Origin: Octopus sinensis
Taxonomy: Eukaryota
Length of the DNA stretch: 64,000 nt
Assembly (NCBI RefSeq): GCF_006345805.1
Contig: NC_043011.1
Coordinates: forward strand, 6,572,001 to 6,636,000
Direction: 5' to 3'
In this document: positions 49,975 through 62,349 of the stretch, one piece after another
How the letters are laid out: the number at the start of each line of letters is the position of its first letter
Numbering within the stretch: the stretch's first letter is position 1
Notes under the pieces: model-generated
Seen by the model: only the letters and a program-made list of their open reading frames with translations
Databases searched by the model: none
Told to the model about the DNA's origin: nothing
Position numbers and translations under genes: made by a program

Positions 49975-50410
49975 TTCATCATCATCATCATCATCATTTA
50001 GCGTCCGCTTTCCATGCTAGCATAGGTTGGACGGTTCAACTGGGGTTTGAGAAGCCAGAAGGCTGCACCAGGCCCAGTCTGATATGGCAATGTTTCTACG
50101 GATGGATGCCCTTCCTAACGCCAACCACTCCGTGAGTGTAGTGGGTGCTTTTTACGTGCCAGACGGAGCTGGCAAACGGCCACGGACAGATGGTGCTTTT
50201 TACATGCCACCGGCATGGGGGCGAGGCGAGGCTGGCAAATGGCCACTGTCGGATGGTGCTTTTTTACGTGCCACCAGCACGGGGGCCAGGCGAGGCTGGC
50301 AAACGGCCACGGTCGGATGGTGCTTTTTTACGTGCCATCGGCACTGGGCCAGGCGAGGCTGGCAAACGGCCACGGTCGGATGGTGCTTTTTACGCGCCAC
50401 CAGCACGGAA
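49975..50410 (-). mobile_element. RTE 3' end with internal ~55-60-bp minisatellite (4-5 units)
   Basis: (CAT)n tail; units GGCGAGGCTGGCAAACGGCCACGGTCGGATGGTGCTTTTTTACGTGCCA; same subfamily as 1119-1447. Confidence 0.85.
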
Positions 50411-50635
50411 ATTAAATTACGGTTATTATTTTAAAAGCTAGTTTAAGAATAACAAGAGAATTTTTACTGAGATTTGAGTGAGGATTATTGTCAACTTGAA
50501 AGTGATTGAGACTTGACAATATATATCTATTCGATTCTGTGTGTATCTGGTGATTGCTCCATCTTCACAGATAATTGCCATCTCCTTGTGCTTCCTTGTT
50601 GTCAATGGCATTTCTGACTTTCCATCCATGACCTC

Positions 50636-50850
50636 TCATATGACTATACATTCCTGTTGCAGATCTGCATGGTTTGATGCATAGGTGACGGCTGAAAGTC
50701 GTAACTTACTCGGCACTTCCAAACGGTTTGAGTCTGCACCAGGTGTCACTCTTGCATCACCATAGGACTTTCTGTAGACGGAATGACAAACGAGATCACC
50801 ATAACGAAGTACAACTCTCTGGGTCTCTGTGATAAGTACCTGGTAACAGG
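50636..50850 (-). CDS. Candidate coding exon of an unidentified host gene: internal 141-nt form (50710-50850) or terminal read-through form ending CIVI*
   Basis: Acceptor TTCATTTCATCTCACTTCAG| (AG at 50852-50851); one open frame (x)CYQVLITETQRVVLRYGDLVCHSVYRKSYGDARVTPGADSNRLEVP; donor CCGA|GTAAGT; read-through SKLRLSAVTYASNHADLQQECIVI* (TGA 50638-50636); not recognisable as a repeat. Confidence 0.6.
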
Positions 50851-51423
50851 CTGAAGTGAGATGAAATGAATAGTTATTACAGGAAACTGCAGGTTTTACA
50901 GGGTATCCCTCTCCTGGAAGGGTGCTGTGGCCACAGTTAGAGGTCCCTCATTGCCAGCAGTGGTCTTAGTGCACACCCACCAAAAATATTTCTACATCCC
51001 CTTGCTCAGATGGAATGTTATCACATTTGCCATTTAACTCACAGCTGGGACCCAGACATGTGCTATGACTCCCGGCCAGACTCTTCAAACCCTGCATGCT
51101 GGCATGGCAGGCCGGTTAAAAAGTTCACTTCTTGGCCCCATAGTAGTTTTGAGTTCAGTCCCACTGCACAGCATCTTGGGCAAGTGTCTCCTACTATAGC
51201 CCTGGGCCAACAAAGGCCTTTGTCAGTGGGTTTGGAAGACTGAAACCGAAAGAATCCCACCATGTACGAGTTTATCTCTGCTTGTCTTGACATCATGTGA
51301 CACTTGTAAACAAGTGCCACCGTTATACAAGTGGTGTCTTTTGTTTCCTTGTCTTTGGTTAAAATATGTCTGACTGCAAAAAATCTGTTTCAACTAATTC
51401 CATCCATTCGAAAGCATGGAATA

Positions 51424-52188
51424 AGTGGATGTTAAAAACTATGATGACACCCAGCCCCACCTTCAATACTGACACCACCCTGCTCCACACAAACCCACAG
51501 GGATTCCTCTAAATCCAAAGAGGATGAGGTCTCCTCAGAAAGAAATCCTCTACATGGTTGCTATAACTGCTAGAAATAGCATCCAACCACTCTATCAGTC
51601 ACATACTACTTTCTTAAAGAAGGATAGAAGGCATTGGATAAAGTAAGCGTAATAATCTTAACAAGATGGGATGGTTATGGCCGGAATGTCTTTTACTATA
51701 GGCCTGAACAATCAGGATTGACTTGTGTGAAACAACAGTAATTTCTCAAAGAAGTATAATGAAATGAATGAAGGACACTATAGTCACAATACTGAACAAT
51801 TTTCTAAAACCAAGAAAACCAACATAAACAGTGTTACTGCAGCCAATGGGATTTGAACCAGAGTCAGGTCGATCAAGGTTACTTAACCACAAAATCGACA
51901 TAGATCAATGAATAATCCCCTTCTACCCACAAACCTTGAGATGACAAAGGACCAGGATCTCTGGTGATGAGAGGTTATCAAAAAGACCCCGCCTCCCCTA
52001 CTCCACAAAATTCAGTTGTGGAATTGCTGTTTCTGGTTCTCCCAATATTGCACTGATAATGATGGATTCCTTTCTGAGGAGACAGCATCCTCTTTGGATT
52101 TAGAGGAATCCCTGTGCGTTTGTGTGGGGCAGGGTAGCGTCAGTATTGAAGGTGGGGCTGGGTATCATCATAGTTCTTAACCTCCACT
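51424..52188. repeat. ~125-bp inverted repeat pair (51424-51548 / 52064-52188)
   Basis: CCCAGCCCCACCTTCAATACTGAC...GGGATTCCTCTAAATCCAAAGAGGATG and its reverse complement. Confidence 0.9.
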
Positions 52189-53188
52189 CTCATCACCATC
52201 AATAAATGTCTATTTTCCATGCTGGCATGGGTTAGTTTGACTGGAACCGGTAAGCTGCACCAGGTTCCAGTCTGATTTTGGTTCGGTTTCTATGGCTGGA
52301 TGCCCTTCCTAACACCAACTACTACAAGAGAATAGTGGGTGCCTTTTCACGTGTCACCGGCACAGGTGCCATTTATGTGTTACTGTCGCAGTTAATATAA
52401 ATACCAAAATATTTAAGGGGGATGTAAGTCTTTCTTATTTTGGCACAATGCTTGCAACTTTTGAGGGGAGAGGGACAAGGTCAATTACACAGACCCCAGC
52501 ACTTGGCTGGTCCTTTATTTATTGACTCCAAAAGGAAAAAAAGACAAAGTTGGCCTCAGTGGAATTTCAGCTCAGAACATAAGTGCCATAAAAAAAAAAA
52601 CTGCCAAGCATTTTGCTGTCTTTGGGACTTTCTAACAATTCTTCCAGTTCATTGCCATTTTAAGGTGGTGGAGGAGGAAGAGAGAGGGCACTATTACAGT
52701 AAGTCTAAATAAGATCTATATAAGAGTGAACTTCAAATAAAGAACTTCTCTGGGTTTGGAGACAGGGAATTTACCACTCCTCCCACTTTCCCCAAAGAAT
52801 TCTCTGTCCACCCTCTAACCTTCTTTGATTTAAAACATGTCACTTAATGTTGAGTTAAGGCCCACCCAGTAAGTAGATGGAAGGGTGACTTAAGCTTGTG
52901 ATTATATAAAGACAGTGGAAGCAAAGTCTTAGAAAGACAGAAAAGAAAACCAAAAAAAAAAAAAATAACCCAACAAAACAGCATTCTTCAGTGACATGGG
53001 AAATGAGATAAAATATATGTAAAAAAAAAAATCGAAGAAAAAATAGAATAAAAATGGAACCAGTCTGTTGCAGAAGAAAAATATATTTGAAGAATAACAG
53101 ACTTATTTCTTTGGAGAAAAAACAAAAAGAAACTTTGTCAGAGCCAGGGAATATAGAATGACAAGTCTTGTGTATGTGTATGTGTGTG

Positions 53189-53412
53189 TGGCAGAAACGT
53201 TAGCACGCAGGGGCGAAATGCGTAGCAGTATTTCGTCTGCGTTACGTTGTGAGTTCGAATTCCGCCGAGGTCGACTTTGCCTTTCATCCTTTCGGGGTCG
53301 ATAAATTATGTACCAGTTACGCACTGGGGTCGATGTAATCGACTTAATACCTATGTCTGTCCTTGTTTGTCTCCTCTATGTTTAGCCCCTTGAGGGTAAT
53401 AAAGAAATAGGT
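53189..53412 (+). mobile_element. tRNA-derived SINE family B
   Basis: TGGCAGAAACGTTAGCAC, B box GAGTTCGAATTCC (53251-53263), core GAGGTCGACTTTGCCTTTCATCCTTTCGGGGTCGATAAA. Confidence 0.9.
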
Positions 53413-53456
<44 letters not shown>

Positions 53457-54944
53457 CTTAGTTGCCTTACTTTTTTTTAATAAATTCCAAAGGGATAAAA
53501 GTCAATGTCCAGTGAGATCCTTATGCAGCCACCTTCGTTATGAAGTCCTAGAAAAAGATCCAAGTATTTATACACATATATGTGTGTGTGTGTGTGAGAG
53601 TAATAAAAAAAAAACCTTTGTTGAGCAATGAAAAATTTAGTTTGGAACACACACACACACGTATTACACCTTTTGTTGCATGGTTGCAGTCTTGACTGCA
53701 GTAATCTCACTGCAGTACAATCGTTGCTGTAGACACCATGCAGAATGTCTAAATGCACACAACAATACCTAGACGACAGTAAACCAGTGAGAAACATCAG
53801 GGAAGACAGCACACAGCACAAGAATCAATAATGTCATGTATATGGAAACATATTTACTAGTTTGACTGTGAAGAAACTGGTTGAAATGAGAGAGAGAGGG
53901 GGAGAGAGAGAAAGGGAGGGAGAGAGAGGGAGAGAGAGAGGGAGAGAGAAGTTCTAGATTTACTGGAGTCTTGTACCCTCAGTCACTTAAACACCCCAGA
54001 TACTAGGTTCCGCTCAGACACTCGAGTCAGACTTTTAACCATCCATGCCCACCAAAGGCAGTGAACTGGTAGAGTGGTTAGTTAGAGCAGTGGATAAGAT
54101 GACTGATAGGATTTGTAGCAAGTCTCTGAATTCTGAGTTCAAATCCCACTGAAGTCAACTTTGCTTTCCATCTTGTCGAAGTCAACAAAAAAAAAAAGTA
54201 CCAACCGAGAGAGGTGGAACTGTAAGAAGGGTGGGTGAGATGCCTTGTGGTGTTGGTCCAGTTCTTTACATTTTGCCAGCAGCAACACTGGTGCCAAGCC
54301 ATACCATTCCAAAATCAGAGTCCTTTCATCATCATCATTATTTAGCACTCACTTTCCATGCTGGCATGAGTTGGATGGTCTGACAGGAGCTGGCAAGGCC
54401 AGGGACACACACCAGGCTCCATTGCTTGCTTTGGTATGGTTTCTATGGTTGAATGCTCTTCCTAATGCCAACCCCTTTACAGAGTGCGCTGGTTGCTTTT
54501 AACATGGCACCAGCACAGGTGCTTTCTCTAGGAGAAGCATCAGTGATATGGAGAAGGGACATGTTGCATGGGGAGGGGGTTTCTTGAGGGTTGCATGGGG
54601 GGGGGAGCAGTTCTTGAGGGTCAAATCACACAATCCATACAACCAAAGTAGTCCTTGGATTACATAATTACATATCCGCAAGAGGTTACTTTCCTAATAA
54701 TAGGACCAGTACACTTTTTCCATTTGTTACAAGTCCCTTACAGCAAGGATCTGTGCTGCTGTGCCCCTCAACTCCTGACTCTGAAAGGAGCCTCCATACA
54801 GTCAGTCCATTTGATAGATATAGTAGCTTACAATCTCCTCTCAATCACATCTTACTGTCTTCAAAAATCCAGAATAAGACAGGATGGCCATGACTGGAAC
54901 ATCCTACTGTCTTCAATAACCCTAACACTAATGATGATCTACTC

Positions 54945-55162
54945 TTTTACTCTCTCTTTTACTCTTTTACTTGTTTCAGTCATTTGACTGCGGCCATGCT
55001 GGAGCACTGCCTTTAGTCGAGCAAATCGACCCCGGGACTTATTCTTTGTAAGCCCTGTACTTATTCTATCGGTCTCTTTTGCCAAACCGCTAAGTGACGG
55101 GGACGTTAACACACCAGCATCGGTTGTCAAGCAATGCAAGGGGGACAAACACAGACACACAA

Positions 55163-55198
<36 letters not shown>

Positions 55199-55360
55199 GA
55201 CAGGCTTCTTTCAGTTTCCGTCTACCAAATCCACTCACAAGGCATTGGTCGGCCCGGGGCTATAGCAGAAGACACTTGCCCAAGATGCCACGCAGTGGGA
55301 CTGAACCCGGAACCATGTGGTTGGTTAGCAAGCTACTTACCACACAGCCACTCCTGCGCC
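54945..55360 (-). mobile_element. SINE family A, full length
   Basis: Tail CTCTTTTAC repeats to head CTCCTGCGCC. Confidence 0.93.
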
Positions 55361-56566
55361 AGATTAAGACTGACACAAGGAATGGAAAACAAAAGGAAGC
55401 ATCAGAGAGTGTAATCCTAGATACACTATGGCTGGAATAAAAGACAAAACGGTCATGGCTGGAAGATCTTTGATCACTGATCTGCTGGGTCTTTGGTCCG
55501 ACCTAGGGTTAAATATCATTCACAACATCACACACAGATCAGTAAGTTAGGATATTTCTGGAGGGAAGGTCATGATGGGTTGTTCTGGCAGGGGTTGGGG
55601 TTACATGTTATTGTTTACAATGACAATCATTGATCAGGAATGTAAACACATGTAATGTGTGTGTGTGTGTGTGTGTGTGAGTGAGAGAAAGTGTATATGT
55701 GAATGTGTGTGTGAGAGAGAGAGGGAGAGCAGGAGAAAGAGTATGTGTGTGTATGTGTGTGTGCATACTGCACTTACAATATATGTATTGCAGGCACAGA
55801 CACAATATTCCAGAGAACAGTACCACTACCACCACCACCACCACCATTAGTATTATTGCTGCTTGCTGCTGCTGCTGCTACTACTACTACTGCACTGTGA
55901 ACTAAGGAAGACAAACTGGGTTCAGAGAAGATATTAACAGATAAAAAAAAGTATTTCTTTTAGGGGCTGACATCTCTTGTTGTTGTTGTTGGTGGCAGGG
56001 GTGGCTGACTACTTTGTTTTTAATGGGGTGTGGTCCATAAGTGTTTGTTTACACACATATACACGTGTGTGTGTGTGTGTGTGTAAATTTCATCCTGAAG
56101 TTGTCTGACAAATACATTACTGTATACATGATATGATATCGTAGTTGTATATAGAATGGAGTGTGAGGCGGTTGGAGGGCCACATGTGGAACATTTTGGA
56201 GTGGAAATATAATGGAGGAAAATAGTGAATTGATAGAATTTGGCTGTGGCAAGAAGTTTGCTTTCCAACCACATGGTTTTAGGTTCAAACATACTGGGTG
56301 GCACCTTGGACAAGTGTCTTCTAGGCTGACCAAAGCCTTGCGAGTGGATTTGGTAGATGGAAACTAACAGAAAAGCCATCATATGTATATATATATATAT
56401 GTAATCCAAGGACTGGGCCTGGTGCAGCCACTGGGTCTGGTGCAGCCTGCTGGCTTCCCAGACCACAGTTGAACCGCCCAACCCATGCTAGCATGGAAAG
56501 CGGACGCTAAACGACGATGATGATATATATATATTTAAAAAAGGAGATGTGGAACACGAGTTGTGA

Positions 56567-56855
56567 TATATAAAAAAAAGAAATGAAGAAAATGCTGACA
56601 AAATAATTTAAGTAAGGGAGAGTGTATTTAATTAGGTGAAAGTTCTTTTTACCGGTTGCGCATTTGTTATGCTTATTAAAAGATATTATTTTAAGAGAGA
56701 TAGAGTTCCTTTCTGATAGATTTTTTTGGAACTCTATCTCTCTTAAAAAATATCTTTTGATAAGCATAACAAATGCGCAACCGGTAAAAAGAACTTTCAC
56801 CTAATTAAATACACTCTCCCTTACTTAAATTATTTGTCAGCATTTTCTTCATTTC

Positions 56856-56864
<9 letters not shown>
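56567..56864. mobile_element. Near-perfect ~300-bp palindromic (foldback/MITE-like) element
   Basis: Arms of ~130-140 bp (AAATGAAGAAAATGCTGAC...GAGTTCC / GGAACTC...GTCAGCATTTTCTTCATTT), loop 56710-56727, TA flanks. Confidence 0.9.
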
Positions 56865-56904
<40 letters not shown>

Positions 56905-56911
<7 letters not shown>

Positions 56912-57046
56912 GTTACTGGTTTTATCAGAATGGGTTAAAATACCATCCTTACCCTTAGAGTTCTTATTAGTTCCTTTAACCTCATAAGAACTCTTAAGGG
57001 TAAGGATGGTATTTTAACCCATTCTGATAAAACCAGTAACATTTAT
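56905..57046. mobile_element. Second palindromic (foldback/MITE-like) element, ~140 bp
   Basis: ATAAATGTTACTGGTTTTATCAGAATGGG...GTTCTTAT / ATAAGAAC...CCCATTCTGATAAAACCAGTAACATTTAT; 16-nt loop. Confidence 0.9.
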
Positions 57047-58696
57047 AATATTGACATCCTCACATACCATGAACTATTGCATAAAGAAATTACAAAGATA
57101 TATATATATATCACACACATACACAAATATATATGTAAATGATGTAAAGAAATAGAGATTTGGAATCTGGGCAGGTACCTTATTAGCACTCTGACACAAT
57201 CCAGATATGGCTAACCACACCGAATGATAGGGAACATACAGAATTGTTAAAAGATAAACACTTAAATGGTACTTCACTTAATAAGCAAAATCCTGAGTTT
57301 GTTTCATTAGATTTCATACAGCAAACCCAAGAATATAATCAAGACATCACAAATGAAAGCGGAGAATTAGACATCTTCAAAGTTAGCGTGTGTGTGTGTG
57401 TGTGTATTAATGTCTCTTTGCCTTGATATTATTTGCGATACACAGATATTGTTTTGAGCTGAGTAGGGATGCTAGATTCCCTTATTCGAAAATATAAGGA
57501 CACAGATCATGTTGTGTACTCAGCTGGAGACGATGTCTCCTGGAGCTAAATTACAGCAACATTCATCCTAAACCAGGACTGCCATGTTATGTTGGTAAAC
57601 AATCTTTACTACAAAGTACTGTTGCTGAATATCTCTCATTGTGAGATTTAAAAATAGTAACTTTCTAATTGTTTGATGGTGTCTGCCACCTCTGGTCTTT
57701 CGTGAAGACATGTCTGGCCGTGGGGGGAAATATTACCCAACTTGGAAACAGGTAAAGGTTGACGGTTGGAAGGGCATCCAGCTGTGGAAGAAATCTCTGC
57801 CGTGATAAATAAATCCTGTCTGGTCCTATGAGAGTAAGAAAAATGGATGTTCAAATGATGATAGACACACAAACACAGGATTGTGTGTGCGTCAAGACAT
57901 ACCATTGTCAAACCATCAAATAACAACAACACAACTCCCCCTCCCCTACAATGGAAAATAGCATCACCCCACCCCCCACTTTTAAAAAGATGTAGTGTAG
58001 TGGGGAGGGGCAGAGAGAGATAGAGGGAGGGGGAGGGGGGAATAATACCACCACCACCAATGTCATGTGACAGCTCATCTCTCATTCATTCATTCAGGAA
58101 TGTTATGGTTACATAAATGGGTTGGCTGCTGACAGTGCTGCTGCAGTTGTAATGTGCAGACGTGTAAGCTGCACTCCGCAGCATGTGCGACTGTCTGACT
58201 AACAACAGTCGCAGACGTTGCTTACTGTGTGTGTGTGTGCCTGCATGTGTGTCTATTCATATATTCAATGTCTATCCACACACACACACACACACACACA
58301 CACATCTCCGGCTTGTTCCAGTGACAGGACCATGGCTATTCTGGTGTTATTCAATGTTGAAAGATTTCCTCAAATAAACTGACCACAACATTAATGTTTA
58401 AGTCTTATGCTTATTCTGTTGGTCACTTTTGCTAAGTTACAGGGATGTAAACAAACCGATACTCATTGTCAAATGGTGTGTGTGAACAACACACACACAC
58501 ACACACACAATGGGCTTCCTCACAGTCTCCATTTACCAAATTCACACACCAACAATTGGTTGGTGTGGGATTATAACAGAAGACACTGCCCCAAGGTGCT
58601 GTGCAGTAGGACTGAACCCAAGACCAAATGATTGCCAAGTGAGTTTCTTAATCACACAGCCAGGCATAAACCTTTTTATATATACATCTACATATA

Positions 58697-59152
58697 GGCA
58701 CAGGGGGTGGCTGTGTGGTAAGAAGCTTGCTTCGCAACCACATGGTTCTGGGTCCAGTTCCATTACGTGGCACCTTGGGCAAGTGTCTTCTACTATAGCC
58801 TCGAGCCAACCAAAGCCTTGTGAGTGGATTTGGTAGACGGAAACTGAAAGAATCCCATTGTGTGCGTGTGTGTGTGTATATATATGTATGTATGTGTGTG
58901 TGTATGTATGTGTATATATATGTATGTATGTGTGTGTGTGTTAGTGTATGTATATGTTTGTGTGTGCTTGTCCCTCCCAACATCACTTGACTACCGATGT
59001 TGGTGTGTTTATGTCCCCATAACTTAGTGGTTCAGCAAAAGAGACTGATAGAATAAGTACTAGGCTCACAAAGAAGAAGTCCTGGGGGTGAATTTGTTTG
59101 ACTAAAGGCAATGCTCCAGCCTGGCCGCAGTCAAATAGCTGAAACGCGTAAA
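58697..59152 (+). mobile_element. SINE family A
   Basis: TAGGCACAGGGGGTGGCTGTGTGG...GCTGAAACGCGTAAAAG. Confidence 0.88.
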
Positions 59153-60039
59153 AGAATATACACGTCATCATTTATGGGTTGGACAGTTTGGCAGGAGCTG
59201 ACAAGGCTAGGGGCCGCATTAGGTTCTTTTATTTTAGTAGGGTTCCCACAAGTGGATGCCCTTCCTAACATCAACCACTTTACAAACGGTACTGGGTGAT
59301 TTTTACATGGCACAATCACCAGTCTCTCATGTGGCACCTGCACTGGTGCTTTTCATGTGGTAGAAGATGACAAATCACTGGAATCGTTACATTGTCAGAT
59401 TGTCTAGTTCTGACTGTCTGTACTTTGAGTTCAATCCTGGCCCAGGTCAACTTTGCCTTTCATATACCGAGGGTTGGGATGGTAAAGGTCGCTGAATTAA
59501 GGATCACACTAGTCTGGTGAATTGGTGAAAAAAACTTGGCCAATATAACATATACGCACAAGTGTTTAGTGGCATTAGTTAATCACACTTATACAAATTA
59601 TATTATATATATATACATAAATATATACATACATACACAGTCAGGGACATATATATAAATATATATATATATATATACACACACACATATATATGAAAAA
59701 TTTAACAAAGATACAAAATTTTAGAAAAGCATAAACAGAAAATTCATAGCTTATTCCCTCATCAGTCAACATACAAAAGATCATTACAGTTTCACACCTG
59801 TATAGCAGCACATATATAAACAGGGCAAAACTAGATATTTCTCCATAGAATAAAAGGGAATGATGAATAAGCTTAATTGATTCTTGAACCTTTGGGACTC
59901 TCATCAGTGGTGTCTATAACCAATTTGACCAATTCCAGAGAAACAAACAGCCAATCCATTTATATATCCAACAATTCTAGTAGCTACATAAAACTGGGGT
60001 TACTAACTTGCATACCTTAAATGTTCTTTCTTTTTCTTT

Positions 60040-60252
60040 TATTCTTTTATTTGTTTCAGTCATTTGACTGCGGCCATGCTGGAGCACCGCCTTTAGTCGA
60101 GCAAATCGACCCCGATACTTATTCTTTGTAAGCCCAGTACTTATTCTATCGGTCTCTTTTTGCCGAACCGCTAAGTGACGGGGACATAAACATACCAGCA
60201 TCGGTTGTCAAGCAATGCTAGGAGGACAAACACAGACACACAAACACACACA

Positions 60253-60290
<38 letters not shown>

Positions 60291-60455
60291 TACGACAGGC
60301 TTCTTTCAGTTTCCGTCTACCAAATCCACTCACAAGGCATTGGTTGGCCCGGGGCTATAGCAGAAGACACTTGCCCAAGATGCCACGCAGTGGGACTGAA
60401 CCCGGAACCATGTGGTTGGTTAGCAAGCTACTTACCACACAGCCACTCCTGCACC
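60040..60455 (-). mobile_element. SINE family A, full length
   Basis: Tail CTTTTATTTGTTTCAG to head CTCCTGCACCTA. Confidence 0.93.
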
Positions 60456-60699
60456 TATGTTAACATGCTTTTTTTTAATACCAGGGGTCTGTCAGTGGGG
60501 ACCTCAGTCCACACAGTATCAAGGGATGATATATCTAGCTTATGTTCTAGATATAGAAACGGCATATGCACACACACACACACACACACACACGTGCATG
60601 ACATGAGTTATGTTAAGAACCTTGGAGACAACCCTTGCCATTTCTGGACGTAGGACCATAAGGACTCAGACACTCCCAGACAATCGGATCCAGTACCAT

Positions 60700-60885
60700 A
60701 TTGTTGTTGTTTAGGCTTAGGTCAGTTCTGATTAAGTAACCCCGTTCCATTCCAGTCATGACCATCCTATCTTTACTTTCCAAGCATTGTACATCTCGGA
60801 CTCCATTACATAGAGTGTCTTTTCCTCTGTTTAAGACAATAGGATGTGATTTGAGGAAGAACTGGCTGTCATTTCTAGCAGATTC
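60700..60885. repeat. Dispersed SINE-like family D (ATTTGA.G.AGA.TTGGCTG..ATTTCTAGCAG)
   Basis: Related segments at ~2870-3030, 26205-26470, 30160-30300, 46855-46970, 51548-51730, 54815-54930 and 55385-55520. Confidence 0.65.
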
Positions 60886-61564
60886 AGTCATCCCAGAGGG
60901 ATGCTGTTGTTGGTTCATGGAATCTTGTTGTTACAAATAGCACGATGTCCAAATAAGGAATAATTTCCCAGTAGCACGAAACAGCAGAAAATGAAGATTG
61001 ACAATTGAGGAGGAGGAAGAGGAGGAGGTCTTGGGGGTGCTCGACATCTTTGAACACACACACAGAAGACCCTTCGTCCATTCCCATCCCCCCCCCACCA
61101 GACGAGAGACAAAGACAGAAGCAATGAGGAATAATCAGACGACAGTGTGTGTGCATGCGTGCATGTATGAAGCATATGTGCATGTGTACGTGCATGTGTG
61201 TGTGTGTGTGTGTGAATGTGTGTGACAGGAGTTGCAGGAACAAGATGCAAACGTCCACAGGCTATTGGTCAAGGACTTTAACCTTTATTCACAGTATCAT
61301 TGTTGACAACCATTCAACGAATGTTTGAATGTCCACCATCCTCCGGTCTGTTGACATTTTACTGCGATTTAATGGTGTTTTGTTAACTTTGATCTGCTTC
61401 TTCCAAATGAGAAACACACACACACACACACACACAAACACACAAGGTGATACAGATTTTGTGCATATTTCTCTTTCTATGTACACACACAACATACATG
61501 CACACAAACACACAAGATAAACAGATTTTGTGTGCTTCAGTACATATCTATGGCTATACCTACA

Positions 61565-61602
61565 AGCCTGTATATATATATATATTATATATATATATAT
61601 AT

Positions 61603-61635
<33 letters not shown>

Positions 61636-61672
61636 GTATATATATATGTATATATATGTATATATATGTATA

Positions 61673-61715
<43 letters not shown>

Positions 61716-61790
61716 GTATATATATGTATATATATAATATATATATATGTATATATATGTATATATATATGTATATATGTATGTATAAAT
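61565..61790. repeat. (TA)n/(TATATG)n microsatellite array
   Basis: Directly visible. Confidence 0.95.
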
Positions 61791-62349
61791 AGTGGTGTAC
61801 ATACACTTTTGGTCTCCTGTGAGTATATATATATATATATATATGTAGGCACACATACGCACAGTCACACATGCAATCCCCGCTCGTTCTACACACACAC
61901 ACGTGCAAGACCATAAGTGCAGTTAATGCTTATAATCCAAATTTCCTTCGTTAGCGCAGCAGTGTGGGTGCAGACACAGAGCACGTCATAAGGGGAGTGC
62001 ACGGGCATACAGGGTGCAACTTTCAGGTATGTGGGGGTAGATGGGGGTGGGTGGTGATGGAGTAGAGCTGCACAGAGGGGAAGTAAGTAGGTGTGTAGGT
62101 GGAAGCGGTATGGGTGATGGGTGTAGCTTAGATTTCATTAACTTTAACATTTCCATAAGGTTAGGGCCACTGTCGTCATGGTTGAGTGGGTTTTCTTAGT
62201 GCTAACCCTTCAACTGTAAACTAACTCAGTTGTTTGTCAGCTGAAGTGGATCTTGCCGAGGGTCACCACATAAGGTCTCATTATAGCAGTATTAAGTGAT
62301 GGACATATGTGTTTGTTTATATATATACGTATATATATATATATATAAA

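Noticed and set aside
51042-51090. 49-nt minus-strand exon candidate with GTGAGT donor; 39-nt candidate at ~54741-54779; 12-nt candidate near 35510-35521
   Set aside because: Weak or repeat-derived acceptors; such matches are expected by chance in 64 kb.
57243-57390. Plus-strand ORF LKDKHLNGTSLNKQNPEFVSLDFIQQ...
   Set aside because: Weak acceptor and donor (GTTAGC) and no recognisable homology.
60613-60918. Protein-like 101-aa minus-strand ORF (MNQQQHPSGMTESARND...)
   Set aside because: Most of it (60700-60885) is the dispersed family D repeat seen at about 7 other positions, and there is no convincing donor site.
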